DNA from: Eledone cirrhosa
Taxonomy: Eukaryota
DNA: 64,000 bases
Assembly (NCBI GenBank): GCA_964016885.1
Contig: OZ024742.1
Coordinates: 354,516,001-354,580,000 of the forward strand
Direction of reading: 5' to 3'
Shown: positions 1 through 11,681 of the stretch, piece after piece
Numbering within the stretch: the first letter of the stretch is position 1
Layout of the letters: every line of letters begins with the position of its first letter
Translations under genes and position numbers: made by a program
The notes under the pieces: model-generated
Databases searched by the model: none
Told to the model about the DNA's origin: nothing
What the model saw: the letters and a program-made list of their open reading frames with translations, nothing else

Positions 1-368
1 TTTCTGTGTGTAGGTTCTATTTTTATTTCTATGTTCTCTAATTTACCCTTATGTTCTATTTTAGCATGTTGGTGGGGTACAGATGATTCTTTACTATCTT
101 GAAACACTCGCCAGTGTTCATTTATCCGTTCCCACATACTACGAACTGTCTCACCTATGTGCACTATATTCTTATCTCTACATTGTCCTTCAGTACATCT
201 TATGCTATATACTACATTTCTAGCTTTACACTTAATATGGAGGCTTAATTTACAGATTATACATTTCTTATCAATACAGGGAGGTCTTTGAAAAGGGTTT
301 GTATTGCTAATAATATGATGGCGTAGGACAGAACAAAGGAGAGGCACAAAACAAAGAAAAAATCCCTA

Positions 369-411
369 GTCACTGAAGAGGTCACAAAATGTGTGACGAA
401 AGAACTTTGAC
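369..411 (+). ncRNA. Type I hammerhead ribozyme motif (family H1)
   Basis: GTCA-CTGAAGA-G-GTCACA(AAATG)TGTGAC-GAAA-GAAC-TT-TGAC: helix I GTCA/TGAC, core CUGANGA, helix II, GAAA, minimal helix III, CUU site. Related copies at 39160 and 53295. Confidence 0.65.
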
Positions 412-634
412 AATATATGAACTATCGTCTGGTGGTGGAACCAACCAACCTGAAATTCATAAATTCCTAAATTTAAAATTTAATTTATAATAAATTGAAG
501 TGAAAGCATCTGGTGCGTGTGTTTCTTATTGGCAACATGACCCTCCCAAAGTATAACAATATCGGTTTCAACACGCAGTCTCAGATAAAGTATCTTGCTA
601 AACAAATTCACATACGATATATATATATATATAT

Positions 635-697
635 ACTCTTTTACTCTTTTACCTGTTTCAGCCATACGGCTGAGGCCATGCTGGGGCACCGCCCTTG
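635..697 (-). mobile_element. 3' fragment of a SINE
   Basis: Minus strand reads AAGGGCGGTGCCCCAGCATGGCC...GAAACAGGTAAAAGAGTAAAAGAGT, a SINE-like 3' end with a short tandem tail, between (TA)n tracts. Resembles an abundant octopus SINE from memory, not verified. Confidence 0.5.
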
Positions 698-700
<3 letters not shown>

Positions 701-768
<68 letters not shown>

Positions 769-769
769 G

Positions 770-855
<86 letters not shown>

Positions 856-875
856 TTATATATATACATATATAA
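701..875. repeat. (TA)n/(TATG)n microsatellite
   Basis: Direct reading; source of the spurious YIYI ORFs. Confidence 0.98.
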
Positions 876-1162
876 ATAGATTAGTAATGATATATATATG
901 TGTATGTGTATTGGTCTGTGTGCGTGTGTGTGTGTTTGTGGGAGGGTGTGGAATAGGTTTTCCTATGTACACAGAGAGAGAGATATATATGGTTGAACAT
1001 ATATTCAACGACATGCATATATATGTATATATATAAATGGATATTATTATTATTATCAATATTATTATTATTATTATTCTCTACATTCCTTACATTAAAC
1101 TAAAATATGTTGACAATCTTTTAATAATGTCTTCCTTGTGAAATTTGTGGTCTTAACTAATG

Positions 1163-1222
<60 letters not shown>

Positions 1223-1223
<1 letters not shown>

Positions 1224-1581
1224 TAGAAAGTGAGGTTTTTTTTACAAAATGAAAAATAACCGAGGTGTCCTACACGAGTGAAAGTATAAAGAAAAAGAGA
1301 TGAAATCGAAAATGCAACTGGAGTCTTATTTTTAAAAAAAATATATATATTTATTTGGTTCCTTTGCCGGTTCCGCAGTTCTTCTGCTTTTCAAAAGGTG
1401 AGTTGAGATGGAGGGTCAGTGGTTTTTCTCACATCTCTATTGTGAGAAAAACCACAGACCCTCCATCTCAACTCACCCTTTGAAGAGCAGAAGAATGCGA
1501 AACCGGTAAAGGAACCAAATAATTATATATATTTAAAAAAAAAATAAGACTCCAGTTGCATTTTCGATTTCATCTCTTTTT

Positions 1582-1586
<5 letters not shown>
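1223..1586. repeat. (TA)n-flanked palindromic repeat (family H2) with a hammerhead-like motif in each arm
   Basis: Arms ~1288-1433 and ~1441-1585 are inverted copies; motifs at 1361-1398 (-) and 1476-1512 (+). A shorter palindromic copy lies at 2025-2205 and another copy at ~60445-60589 plus 61666-61730. Confidence 0.85.
1476..1512 (+). ncRNA. Variant type I hammerhead motif (U3 core)
   Basis: CCCT-TTGAAGA-GCA(GAAGAA)TGC-GAAA-CCGG-TA-AAGG: palindromic CCGG helix III and GUA site. Sister copies read CCTT-TTGAAAA. Confidence 0.55.
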
Positions 1587-1648
<62 letters not shown>

Positions 1649-1654
1649 GTACAT

Positions 1655-1998
1655 TTTTTCTTCTAACAACTTTGATTGTGTACCTAATTGTGTATGTTAA
1701 CTATATGTCTAGTCAATTTCTACGGGCTGTTAGAAATACTGGGTATATCTTCTGTGGCTGTGGATCGCGGATAACATAGATATCATTTATTTGTCTATTG
1801 TTTCTTCATAGATACATGTTAAACTTATAGCCTCGTTTAATTGATTTTTATGTGGTTTCATTATGCTGATTGGGAGAAGAAATACTGTATATATTTTATC
1901 AAATGATTCTATGGACTTACTTTCTTATATATTGCTCTGATTGTTGATTATTTAATTGATTAATTCGTCATTGAGCCACACCCTGAAAGGTTGCCAAA
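1655..1998. repeat. Dispersed repeat with an inverted partial copy at 2651-2783 and a direct copy at ~3130-3400
   Basis: Near-identical text, e.g. GCTGATTGGGAGAAGAAAT and GGATCGCGGATAACATAG; ends abut (TA)n. Confidence 0.85.
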
Positions 1999-2200
1999 AA
2001 CATATATATATATATATATATATATTAGAAAGTGAGGTTTTTTTTACAAAATGAAAAATAACCGAGGTGTCCTACACGAGTGGAAGTATAAAGAAAAAGG
2101 GATGAAATCGAAAATGCAACTGAAGTCTTATTTTTTTTATAAATATATATATTTAAAAAAAAATAAGACTTCAGTTGCATTTTCGATTTCATCCCTTTTT

Positions 2201-2266
<66 letters not shown>

Positions 2267-2327
2267 CCCAAGGCTCTGCTACTATCAACACTATAAACAC
2301 AGATCTGGCATATCTAAGAACTGACTA

Positions 2328-2383
2328 ACTGCCTGATGAGGTCATAGCCATTTACTGGCTATCATCGAAATATACATAGCAGT
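2328..2383 (+). ncRNA. Type I hammerhead ribozyme (H3)
   Basis: ACTGC-CTGATGA-GGTCATAGCCA(TTTAC)TGGCTATCATC-GAAA-TATACA-TA-GCAGT: all core nucleotides present, helices I and II pair, AUA site. Confidence 0.85.
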
Positions 2384-2423
2384 AAATAAAGGATTATGAG
2401 TTCATGCAATTGACTTATGTTTC

Positions 2424-2469
<46 letters not shown>

Positions 2470-2501
2470 GAAACATAAGTCAATTGCATGAACCTTTATT
2501 T

Positions 2502-2557
2502 ACTGCTATATATATTTCGATGATACCCATTGAATGGCTATGACCTCATCAGGCAGT
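2502..2557 (-). ncRNA. Type I hammerhead ribozyme (H3, inverted copy)
   Basis: Minus strand ACTGC-CTGATGA-GGTCATAGCCA(TTCAA)TGGGTATCATC-GAAA-TATATA-TA-GCAGT. Confidence 0.8.
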
Positions 2558-2617
2558 TAGTCAGTTCTTAGATATGCCAGCTCTGTGTTTATAGTGTTGA
2601 TGGTATCAGAGCCTTGG

Positions 2618-2653
<36 letters not shown>

Positions 2654-3778
2654 GCAACCTTTCAGGGTGTGGCTCAATGACGAATTAATTAATTAAATAA
2701 TCAACAATCAGAGCAATATATAAGAAAGTAAGTCCAGAGAATCATTTGATAAAATATATACAGTATTTCTTCTCCCAATCAGCTCCCATAGCTCTATCTA
2801 GTTTATGTATATGTAATCCTCTATATTTGATATACTCCCGTAAGGTTGATTGAAACTTTAGGCTGTATTCGGCTGCGCTCTCCAGCAACCAGCCTATTCG
2901 CCGTCAGGCACCAATCACAATATTTCTGACCTGACCACTAGCCATGTGACAATTCTTAGTCATTTTGAATTCGTTTCTGGCGGGGATCATTTAAGAAAAA
3001 TCTCTGTCCAATTGAGTTTGTTTCCTGATGATTTTGAAACTTGTTGATTTATCCATGATCGGATATTTCCGAAAAGCGAATGAAATCTTCGGGGGTAGAA
3101 CCATGAATTGGGGTATGTTTATGTACAGCTTTTCTTCTAACTTTGAGTTTGTACCTAATTGTGTGTGGTTAATTATATGTCTAGTCAATTTCTAAGGGCT
3201 ATTACAAATACTGGGTAAAACCTCTGTGGCTTTGGATCGCGGATAACATAGCTATCATTTATTTATCTATTGTTTCTTCATAGGTACATTTTAAACTTAT
3301 AGACTCGATTAATTGTTTTTTTATGTGGTTCATTATGCTGATTGGGAGAAGAAATAATGTATATACTTCAGGAAATGATTCTATAGACTTACTTTCTTAT
3401 ATATATATATAATATTATTAATAACATTGGATTCGTTTTCAATTATGTAAACACCCTCAATTTTAAAGCCATGTCAGTGGAATGGACACTTCATCTTGCT
3501 CTTGTGTTTGCATGTAAACAGAACTGTAGACATTAACGTTTCTGGGTATCACCCTCCATCAGTACAGCTCACTGTTCACCTGCCAACTGTCAGATATAGT
3601 GAAAATATATGCTACTTTCAAACTTATACAGTGACTGAATGGCCTGATTTGCATATTAGCAGACTGGCTGATCAGTCACACCTGCATATTAGCAGGTCCA
3701 TTGATCAGCCAGATTTCCATATCAGCAGACTAGCCAGCATTCTCCTCTATACGAGCGATAAATGGCCAGATAAGCCAC

Positions 3779-3859
3779 ATTCTTTTCTTTTTCTTTTCTT
3801 TTCTTTTCTTTTCTTTTCTTTTCTTTTCTTTTCTTTTCCTTTCTTTTCTTTTCTTTTTT
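3779..3859. repeat. (TTTTC)n microsatellite
   Basis: Direct reading. Confidence 0.95.
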
Positions 3860-4801
3860 ATTTGAATGTGGCTAAGCCGGCAATTTATCGCTCGTATACA
3901 GGAATGTGAGTGGCCAGTCTGCTGATATGGACTGTGACACTTTGTGGTTGCAAACAGTTTTTGGAGTATGTCCATGTCAGTTGAAGGCCGCAGAAAGCAG
4001 GCAAAAACCGGCTTCCAGGAACACTGTTAAAAAAAGCATTGTTCATCAGTCAGGTTCATTCCCAGCACTGTGATCTTCGTAATCCTGTCACCTTACAGAT
4101 TCTGATGGTTTCTTTTACGCTTATTTCAAAAGTGGCGCTCGTTGATATGCTGCACAAAACAGATCAACAGATCAACTGAATATTTCTGTTCTATGGTAAA
4201 ATACTTCAAAACGTCAAGACACGATGCCACAGGCAAATCAGAACTCACTCCTCGGAGCGGCAACAAGTATGTATGCAAATCAATTACTAGCATTTAAAAG
4301 ATATTAATTGTTAATATAAGATAAACGACTAGCGGTTATATAAATGAATATAAATGGCTCAATCAGTTCTGCACTTTTAGATGATAAAAAGTGCTATTAT
4401 CCTGTATTTGCCAAAATCGCATTTCTCTGAAAAGCCATCAGCTTTCTCTATTACTATTCAATTGGAAAGTAAGGCAAAATTATGTTTTTAAGTGCCAAAT
4501 ATATAACTTGATATATAACTTAATATGTGTTACAAAATTCGACCTTTTAATGAAGTATTCGGCAAATATCTTGTCAAATATAGTTAATATTTCCGCTCAA
4601 GTGTTGGCACCGCTATATAAAATCGTTAAAGAATGACAAGTCGTCCATAAAAAGTCATTGACATGACCGACTAACTTGGAGTTTTGAGTTATGTCTTGCC
4701 AAAATATAAGTTAATTACTGTCGATTTAAGCAACAGTCTCTAGGAACTAATGTCTTTGTCTAGAATTGGAATGTAGTGCATTTACAGAGAAAATTTGACA
4801 T

Positions 4802-5000
4802 GGTGGATTGGCAGTATCGGTAGAGGGTCGGGCGCCATGTTTTGACGTATATAGTTACGGCCCTTGCTATTCTGAGTTCAAATCCGGCCGAGGTTAACTG
4901 TGCATTTCATCATTACGGGGTTGATAAAATAAAGTACCAATAATGCACTGGGTAATTGCTGGTCTTGTGCCAACAGTAGAAACAATTATTATTTTTATTA
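4802..5000 (+). mobile_element. tRNA-derived SINE with (TTA)n tail (family S1)
   Basis: A-box-like TGGCAGTATCGG, B-box GAGTTCAAATCC, conserved central block GCATTTCATCATTACGGGGTTGATAAAATAAAGTACC. Homologous to 29037, 34998, 35232 and 37348. Confidence 0.85.
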
Positions 5001-6889
5001 CGCATCATTACTGCTTCACCGAGCACAGCTCTGTGTGCCTTGGTTATGAACAGTATAGTTTTTGGTGGTGTTGTTTCTATTGTATTTATTGTACATTTCT
5101 TAATATGTGGGTAGTGTCTAGTAGCGCTATCTTTTGTATGCTGTATATACCTGTAAGTCCTGTGATTTTGGCTATGTATTTTTCTCTGGGTTTTATTTTT
5201 TATCATTCATAGAGAAACTATTAATATAAATATTATTTCTGTTTTCAATTTCCGCATTTGAGATATTTCTATCTCTAGATCTATATATTTGGATAATGTC
5301 TCTATTTCCTTGGAAGATATATTGTCGTAGTGGGGATAGATACATTTAGTAGAATGCATTACTTTTCTTTGTGGTCTTTGACTATAATATCTGGTTGTAT
5401 ATGTATGTATTGGCATATCCCAGAGAATGTTTGTTTTATCATTCTATGGGACATTTTTTCTAGCGTGTGTTTGTGCCATTTCTTGCTTTAGGTATGCTGG
5501 TATAATTCCCACTGTATTGTGGTTGTGGCTAGATTCTTTTTTGGTTAGTGCGGGGCAGCCAGATACTATATGGTTCATTGTTTCTTCCCTATCTCCACAT
5601 ATTCTACAGTTACTTATAGTGCTTGTTGTCATTATGTACTTCTAGTAGTTTCTTGTAAGTAGACGTCGGTCCTACGTAGCAATTAGAAATCCTTCCGTCC
5701 CAGCTTTTAGACCAGTGCTTCGGAACCAGTTTTGTGTTAGTTTTTGATTGTCCTCTTCCTTTCTATTTAACATTTTGGGTATTGGCCATGTAAACATTTT
5801 TCTTGACATTTTACATAGCATTCTGGGTGTCAGTTTTCAATTTAAATTTCCGGTCTTTCACAATTTCTACTTTTTTCTCTCTTTGTTTTCATTATCCTCG
5901 CAATTAGTCCAGTTGTTGTTTCGAATTTGTTGGCTTCTTTGAAGACAGAAAACAGTTTTTTTGTTCATGTTTCGTGGCTATTTGTATCATGTTTCCTTTG
6001 TTTTTTATTAGGTATTTTTGTAGTCCTACAGTAGTTATCTATATGAGATTTATAGTTGCATAAGTCCCCTTCCTCCTTGTGTTCTTGATAGGTATACTCT
6101 TCTACATCTGATTATGTATGGTGTATTCTAAATACGGTCATTATTTTTTTTGCTTTTCTCTATCTATTCCAGCTAGGGTCTGTTCTTTTAGTGTCCAGTA
6201 CAAAATGTTAAGAATGTAGTTCATTACTAGAATTGCAAATGGGTTGATGCCTAACACCTTATTCTTTGCATTTAGTTCACATTTGAGCATTTACCTGATT
6301 CTTCCATAGTATTATTTCCTAAACTTTTCTTTCATTTGTGTGTGTGTTCATCTAGTTCATTGATTCTTAAGTATATGTATGTCTAAGTTTGATCAAGTTC
6401 TCTTATTTCTGTTTCTTTATCTAAAATGATAAACATGCTTTTCTCTTTAAAGCTGCTTCGGCATATGTTTCTAATCCAAATTTCATAACATTTTTTCTGA
6501 ATCTGTGTACAGTTTGGAGCATTGTTAGGACTTGTCTTTCACATGTAGCCTAGAGTTTAGATTAACCATATATAGGAGATGGTTAATTTATACCCTAGCC
6601 TATTTCTGATTTGAGTTTCAGATAGTGCAGTTAATGCTAGGCAAAAAAGCAGTGGTGTTAGGGAGTCTCTTTGAAATATGCCTCTGTTGATTGTGATAGG
6701 CTCTATTTTTATTGTTTTATCCTTTATTTGTGTCAGCAAAATTTTTGCCATTTACTCATGGCGTGTTTCATAAATGTTGTTATTTTTGCTGATACACTAT
6801 TCATGTCTAGTGTTTTCAGTATACATGTTTGTGGAATATTGTCAAATGCTTTTTGGTCATCAACCGAAACCTTGCGGAATATTTTTCTG
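5001..6889 (-). mobile_element. Heavily decayed, 5'-truncated R4/Dong-like non-LTR retrotransposon (copy A)
   Basis: Fragments RGIFQRDSLTPLLFCLAL (RT), CRICGDREETMNHIVSGC (CCHC finger) and KYIDLEIEI (RLE region); many stops and frameshifts; TTA at both ends. Confidence 0.85.
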
Positions 6890-6925
6890 TTATTATTATT
6901 ATTATTATTATTATTGTTATTGTTA

Positions 6926-7417
<492 letters not shown>

Positions 7418-7777
7418 GTACTTTCAGTCTCAGTCGTTGATGGTAGTTAACTGGAAAGTTTGTTGAAATGAATATCAAACGACTACCAACAGCCTCAGAT
7501 ATTCAGGACGTATCGGAGGGTTCTTGCTGTTCCCAGCAAGCATGTCTTTTGAAGCGTTCCAAAAAGCGGGGCGGGGCCACATTTTTTTAATCATCCCTAG
7601 AAACCTTTTGAGATAGTACCTAGTGCGCCTATGACAATCGGGACCACTTTGACTTCATGGCAGTTCCAAATCTTTTTTACCTCCAACTTTAAGTCCTGGT
7701 ATCGGTTAATTTTCTACCTCTCCTTCTCTTACATTCTCGTGTCGAATGAGCATATCCACAATCAGGCACGATCTTTT
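7418..7777 (-). mobile_element. 5'-truncated 3' end of R4/Dong-like family B (copy B2)
   Basis: Homologous to B1, but shares diagnostic bases with copy B4 (TGTTGAAATGAAT, GGGACCACTTTG). Confidence 0.9.
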
Positions 7778-7848
7778 TATTATTATTATTATTATTACTA
7801 TTACTATTATTATTATTATTACTATTACTATTATTATTATTATTATTA

Positions 7849-10800
7849 CAGTTGCATTCATCTTGCTTTCTGTTCATACGAGTTATCACCAAGTCACAAC
7901 CAGTGACCTCAAGAGACAACAAGGTCCGCCATGTTCAAGAAAGAACATACACACTCACACATGCATCTTTAGTGTTTAGACTTGTGATGTACTTATATTG
8001 ACAGAATCTTCCTTAGTATATGGGCAGTTCGCATTAGTACTATCTTTTGTATTTCTCCTATATGCCGGTTTCCTGGGATTTTCGATAAGTAATCATTAGA
8101 CCCCTTAGGTATCATACCCAGAGCGCCTACAACCACTGGTATTGTTTTAGTTCTCAATTTCCACATTTTTCAAATTTCTATCTCCAGATCCTTATACTAG
8201 CTCAATTTTTCAAATGTTTTTATAGATACATTCTTGTCTATTGGAACAGACATATCAATTAGCAGGCATACCCTCTTTTTGAAGTCCTTCAATATTATAT
8301 CAGGTCTATTTGCATCTATTTTTCGGTCTGTTTGGATGCTAAAGTTCCACAAGATTGAGATGTGATCTTTTTCAAGTATGGGAGGTGGTTGATGCTCACA
8401 CCAATTCTTTTGATGGGGCAGGTCAAAATGCTTACACATTATCCAATGTATGTATTGTGCAGCTCTGTCATGCCTGTTTAGGTATTCGGTTGGAGCTATA
8501 GGACTGCACATTGAAATTATATGGTCAATGGTCTCTGGTTGTTTTTTACATACACGGCATAATGGGCTGCATCCATTTTTTATTATGTTGGCTTGGTAAT
8601 TTTTTGTTGGCAGACACTGATCTTGTGCTGATATAATCAGTCCTTCAGTCTCCGATTTCAGTCCAGAGGATGCTAACCACTGATGGGTTAAAGTTTTGTC
8701 AACATCAGGATTGTTAGCTCGCTCTGGGTATTTTCCATACAGAGGCTTTTCTTGCCATTTCTTAGCCAGTTTCTGTAGCAGTTCTTTCTTTGCAGTTACT
8801 CTTACCTTCTTTGCTTTTTCTGTGTTTTCCATTTCAGCAGTAAATGGGACTTCTGAAATTTGTAGTCCATTACTGTATCTTTGTGCATCTTTTGTAATGG
8901 AATATGATCTTTTGATTCTTTCGTGTTTCAAAACGATTTTGATCATCCAATCATGTGATTCCCTTAGATATGTAGATAATCCAATTGTTGCAGTTTTCAA
9001 CGCAATGTCTAACTGGATTAACCCACGTCCTGCTTCTTTCCTAGGGAGATATATTCTATCTATATCTGCCTTAGGATGATGCATTCTGTGCATGGTTAAG
9101 AATTTTCGAATGTTTGTATCGAGCCTACGGATCTCTGTGCTTGACCAGTTGATGACATTGTAACTGTAGGTTACTACTGGTGTGGCAAGCGTGTTTATGG
9201 CATCGATCCTATTCCTTGCATTCAATTCCGTTCTTAAGATTGCTTTTACTCTGCGGTAACATTCCTTCCTTATCCTTTCCCTCATTGTCGAGTGCTTGAT
9301 TCCGTCTCCTTCACAAACACCTAGATATTTGTAAGTTTTTTCTTGATCAAGTTCTCTTATCACGTTCCCCCGATCAAGATTAATGTCTGAACTCTTCAGC
9401 AGCTTTCCTCTAGTGAACGTTGCTTTGGCGCATTTGTCTAGTCCAAACTCCATTTTAATCTCATCACTGAACTGCTCCACAGTGGATAATAGCCCTTGCA
9501 ATTGTTCATCATTTTTTGCAAATAGTTTCAGGTCATCCATGTAGAACAAGTGATTAATGGTTTTGTCATAGACTTTATATACATGTTTTGTTTCATTGAG
9601 CATTTTACTTAATGGTATAAGTGCGATGCAGAATAAAAGCGGTGATAAAGAGTCACCCTGAAAAATTCCACAATTAATATTAACTTCTCCAGCTTCCAGT
9701 GATTTTGTTTCACTATTCAAAAGGAGTGTCGTTTTCCATGTCTTCGTACTGAATGACAAAAACCTCCTGGCAACGGGGGATATTTTGAAAATCTCTAAAC
9801 ATCTTTCAATCCAACTGTGTGGCAAACTATCGAATGCTTTTTTATAATCTATCCAAGCAATCGATAGATTTTTGTGTCTATTATGACAATCTTCCAGTAT
9901 CATTTTGTTAACCAGAAGCTGATCCTTACAGTCATATGAGCCTCGTTTACACCCTTTCTGCTCAATGGGAAATAGGTCATTTGTTATCAGGTGGTCATAT
10001 GTGTATTCAGTTAGGACTGATGTTAAAATGTTATACATTGTAGTCAAGCAAGTTATTGGTCTGTAATTTTTGGGATTGTTTGTCTCATCATTCTTCGGAA
10101 GCAGGAATGTAATGCCGTTAACTAGCCATGATGGTATCTTTTCTGGCTCCTTAACTATTTCATTGTAAAGTTGGGCTAACAGCTCATGAGATTCTGTGAA
10201 GGCATTTATCCAAAAGTTTTGTATTTTGTCTTTTCCTGGGGATTTCCATTTGCTGGTTTTTCTTAAAGCCAAGCGCAACTGTTCAACTGTTATATTTTCC
10301 CATATTTGTTCCTCAAGGTGAGCTCTATCTTTCATTTGTCTGTCTATCCATGGGGCATGTATGTTATGAACTTTTTCTTCGGCCCAGATCTTTTCCCAGA
10401 ATTCTTGCACTTCCTCCTTGGGTGGTATTGATTTAGCAGTTATTGTTGACTTACCAATTTTTCTGTAGAAGTTCCCTTGGTTGTTTTTGAACATATTATT
10501 GTCCTTATAGAATCTAGATCGTTTTTCAAAGCGCCTTATACGAGCAGCTTTGGCCAACACTTTTTGATTGATTATTTCTATCAGCATGTCTATGTCACTT
10601 GTTGATTTTATACTGTACTTTTTTTTCAAGTTTCTAAGTTTAGTTTGTTTAACATGTTCACCTACTTTATAGTTTGTTAAAATGTCTATGTCAGATCGGA
10701 GAAGGTTTATTTGGCGATTGATGTTCTCTTGCCAAGTAGATTTTTTGTGGGAATTCATTTGTTTTTTCATCTTCACTCCACATAAGTGAGTGGTGACTTT

Positions 10801-11648
10801 AGCCGATGCATAATAGAGATGATTTAAATCAGTAATGTTTAGTTTGTTTGTGATGATAATGTTTTTGAGAATTATGTTAGTCTTGTGTATTATCTTTTGG
10901 TTCTGTTTGGAGATCTGGATCTTAGGGAGGGTGTCTCGTTGCCCCATGTCAGATCCTTTCATTTTCATCCATTCGATCATAATTTCATCCTTCAAGTTGT
11001 CAAGTTCATTCTCATTCATTTCTTTATCATTTACGCTCTCATTATTTTCATTTGGAGTTTCATCTTGAGCATGCACTCCCTCCACTTTTTCGATCCTTTC
11101 TTTAATTTGTTCTGTTGCCAGTGATTCCGCCCCAACCCTGGGATTCGAAGTGTTACAATTTACCTCGTTTTCACTGACACATGTTTCATTTTCCCTTCGC
11201 TGACTTTGTGCTAATAGCTTGATCTGATCAATTTCTATATCAGTTAGTCACTTTTTTCTTACAATATTTATTCGTATATTGGCTAGTTTGTTGCTGTCAG
11301 TATAGTCTCTGTTTTCGGGATGTTTCTTTTTCCAGTTGATATATGTCTGTTCTGTATTCGATGCATTTGATGGGTAGTACATGGCAGTGTAGAAAGCCTC
11401 AAGGACTTCTTTATTATCTTCCCTTGACCATTTTCTCTCTTTTTCTTTGGATTTCTTGGTGGTGTGCATGGAGGGCCAACAGTAGGAGTATTCCGGTTAT
11501 GGGAGGTCTCCATCTCCTAAGTGATGGGAAGGTTTGAACCATTAGCTGATTTTTCGAACCCAGTCTGGTTCCTCTCTGAGGGACGCGGCCCTGTTTTACC
11601 CGGGTGGCGGCCGATCCGGTATGAGATTTTATCATTAGACATTTACTT
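7849..11648 (-). mobile_element. Near full-length R4/Dong-like non-LTR retrotransposon (family C)
   Basis: Single-ORF RT+CCHC+RLE architecture, bounded by (TTA)n on both sides; sequence distinct from family B. Confidence 0.93.
8197..11085 (-). CDS. Reverse transcriptase + CCHC finger + restriction-like endonuclease polyprotein (962-aa open segment; N-terminus broken, premature stop near the C-terminus)
   Basis: KSPGKD, NYRPITCL, WIDYKKAFDS, GIFQGDSLSPLLF, YMDD, YKYLG, CRVC..ETIDHIISMC, NRPD..ID motifs. The RLE tail YKDLEIEI...PVVVGALG continues past the stop; the N-terminal W-rich segment is at 11248-11469. Confidence 0.9.
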   Translation of the reverse strand: MEGVHAQDETPNENNESVNDKEMNENELDNLKDEIMIEWMKMKGSDMGQRDTLPKIQISKQNQKIIHKTNIILKNIIITNKLNITDLNHLYYASAKVTTHLCGVKMKKQMNSHKKSTWQENINRQINLLRSDIDILTNYKVGEHVKQTKLRNLKKKYSIKSTSDIDMLIEIINQKVLAKAARIRRFEKRSRFYKDNNMFKNNQGNFYRKIGKSTITAKSIPPKEEVQEFWEKIWAEEKVHNIHAPWIDRQMKDRAHLEEQIWENITVEQLRLALRKTSKWKSPGKDKIQNFWINAFTESHELLAQLYNEIVKEPEKIPSWLVNGITFLLPKNDETNNPKNYRPITCLTTMYNILTSVLTEYTYDHLITNDLFPIEQKGCKRGSYDCKDQLLVNKMILEDCHNRHKNLSIAWIDYKKAFDSLPHSWIERCLEIFKISPVARRFLSFSTKTWKTTLLLNSETKSLEAGEVNINCGIFQGDSLSPLLFCIALIPLSKMLNETKHVYKVYDKTINHLFYMDDLKLFAKNDEQLQGLLSTVEQFSDEIKMEFGLDKCAKATFTRGKLLKSSDINLDRGNVIRELDQEKTYKYLGVCEGDGIKHSTMRERIRKECYRRVKAILRTELNARNRIDAINTLATPVVTYSYNVINWSSTEIRRLDTNIRKFLTMHRMHHPKADIDRIYLPRKEAGRGLIQLDIALKTATIGLSTYLRESHDWMIKIVLKHERIKRSYSITKDAQRYSNGLQISEVPFTAEMENTEKAKKVRVTAKKELLQKLAKKWQEKPLYGKYPERANNPDVDKTLTHQWLASSGLKSETEGLIISAQDQCLPTKNYQANIIKNGCSPLCRVCKKQPETIDHIISMCSPIAPTEYLNRHDRAAQYIHWIMCKHFDLPHQKNWCEHQPPPILEKDHISILWNFSIQTDRKIDANRPDIILKDFKKRVCLLIDMSVPIDKNVSIKTFEKLS

Positions 11649-11681
11649 TATTTATTATTATTATTATTATTATTGTTGTTA

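Larger units (their letters stand above)
2266..2618. repeat. Tail-to-tail inverted pair of ~165-bp hammerhead-bearing units (family H3) around a (TA)n core
   Basis: 2266-2430 and 2462-2618 are reverse complements with the same ends (CCCAAGGCTCTG ... TTCATCACTA). Confidence 0.9.

Noticed and set aside
2820-3130. Possible PLE or GIY-YIG coding remnant on the - strand
   Set aside because: Only a GVYQI-like pentapeptide among stop codons; too weak to call.
4802-4890. tRNA gene
   Set aside because: A and B boxes continue into a SINE body and tail with multiple copies; no cloverleaf.
11540-11648. HDV-like ribozyme at the 5' end of R4/Dong-like family C, and at the B3/B4 5' ends
   Set aside because: GC-rich pairings exist, but the nested double-pseudoknot order could not be fitted by eye.
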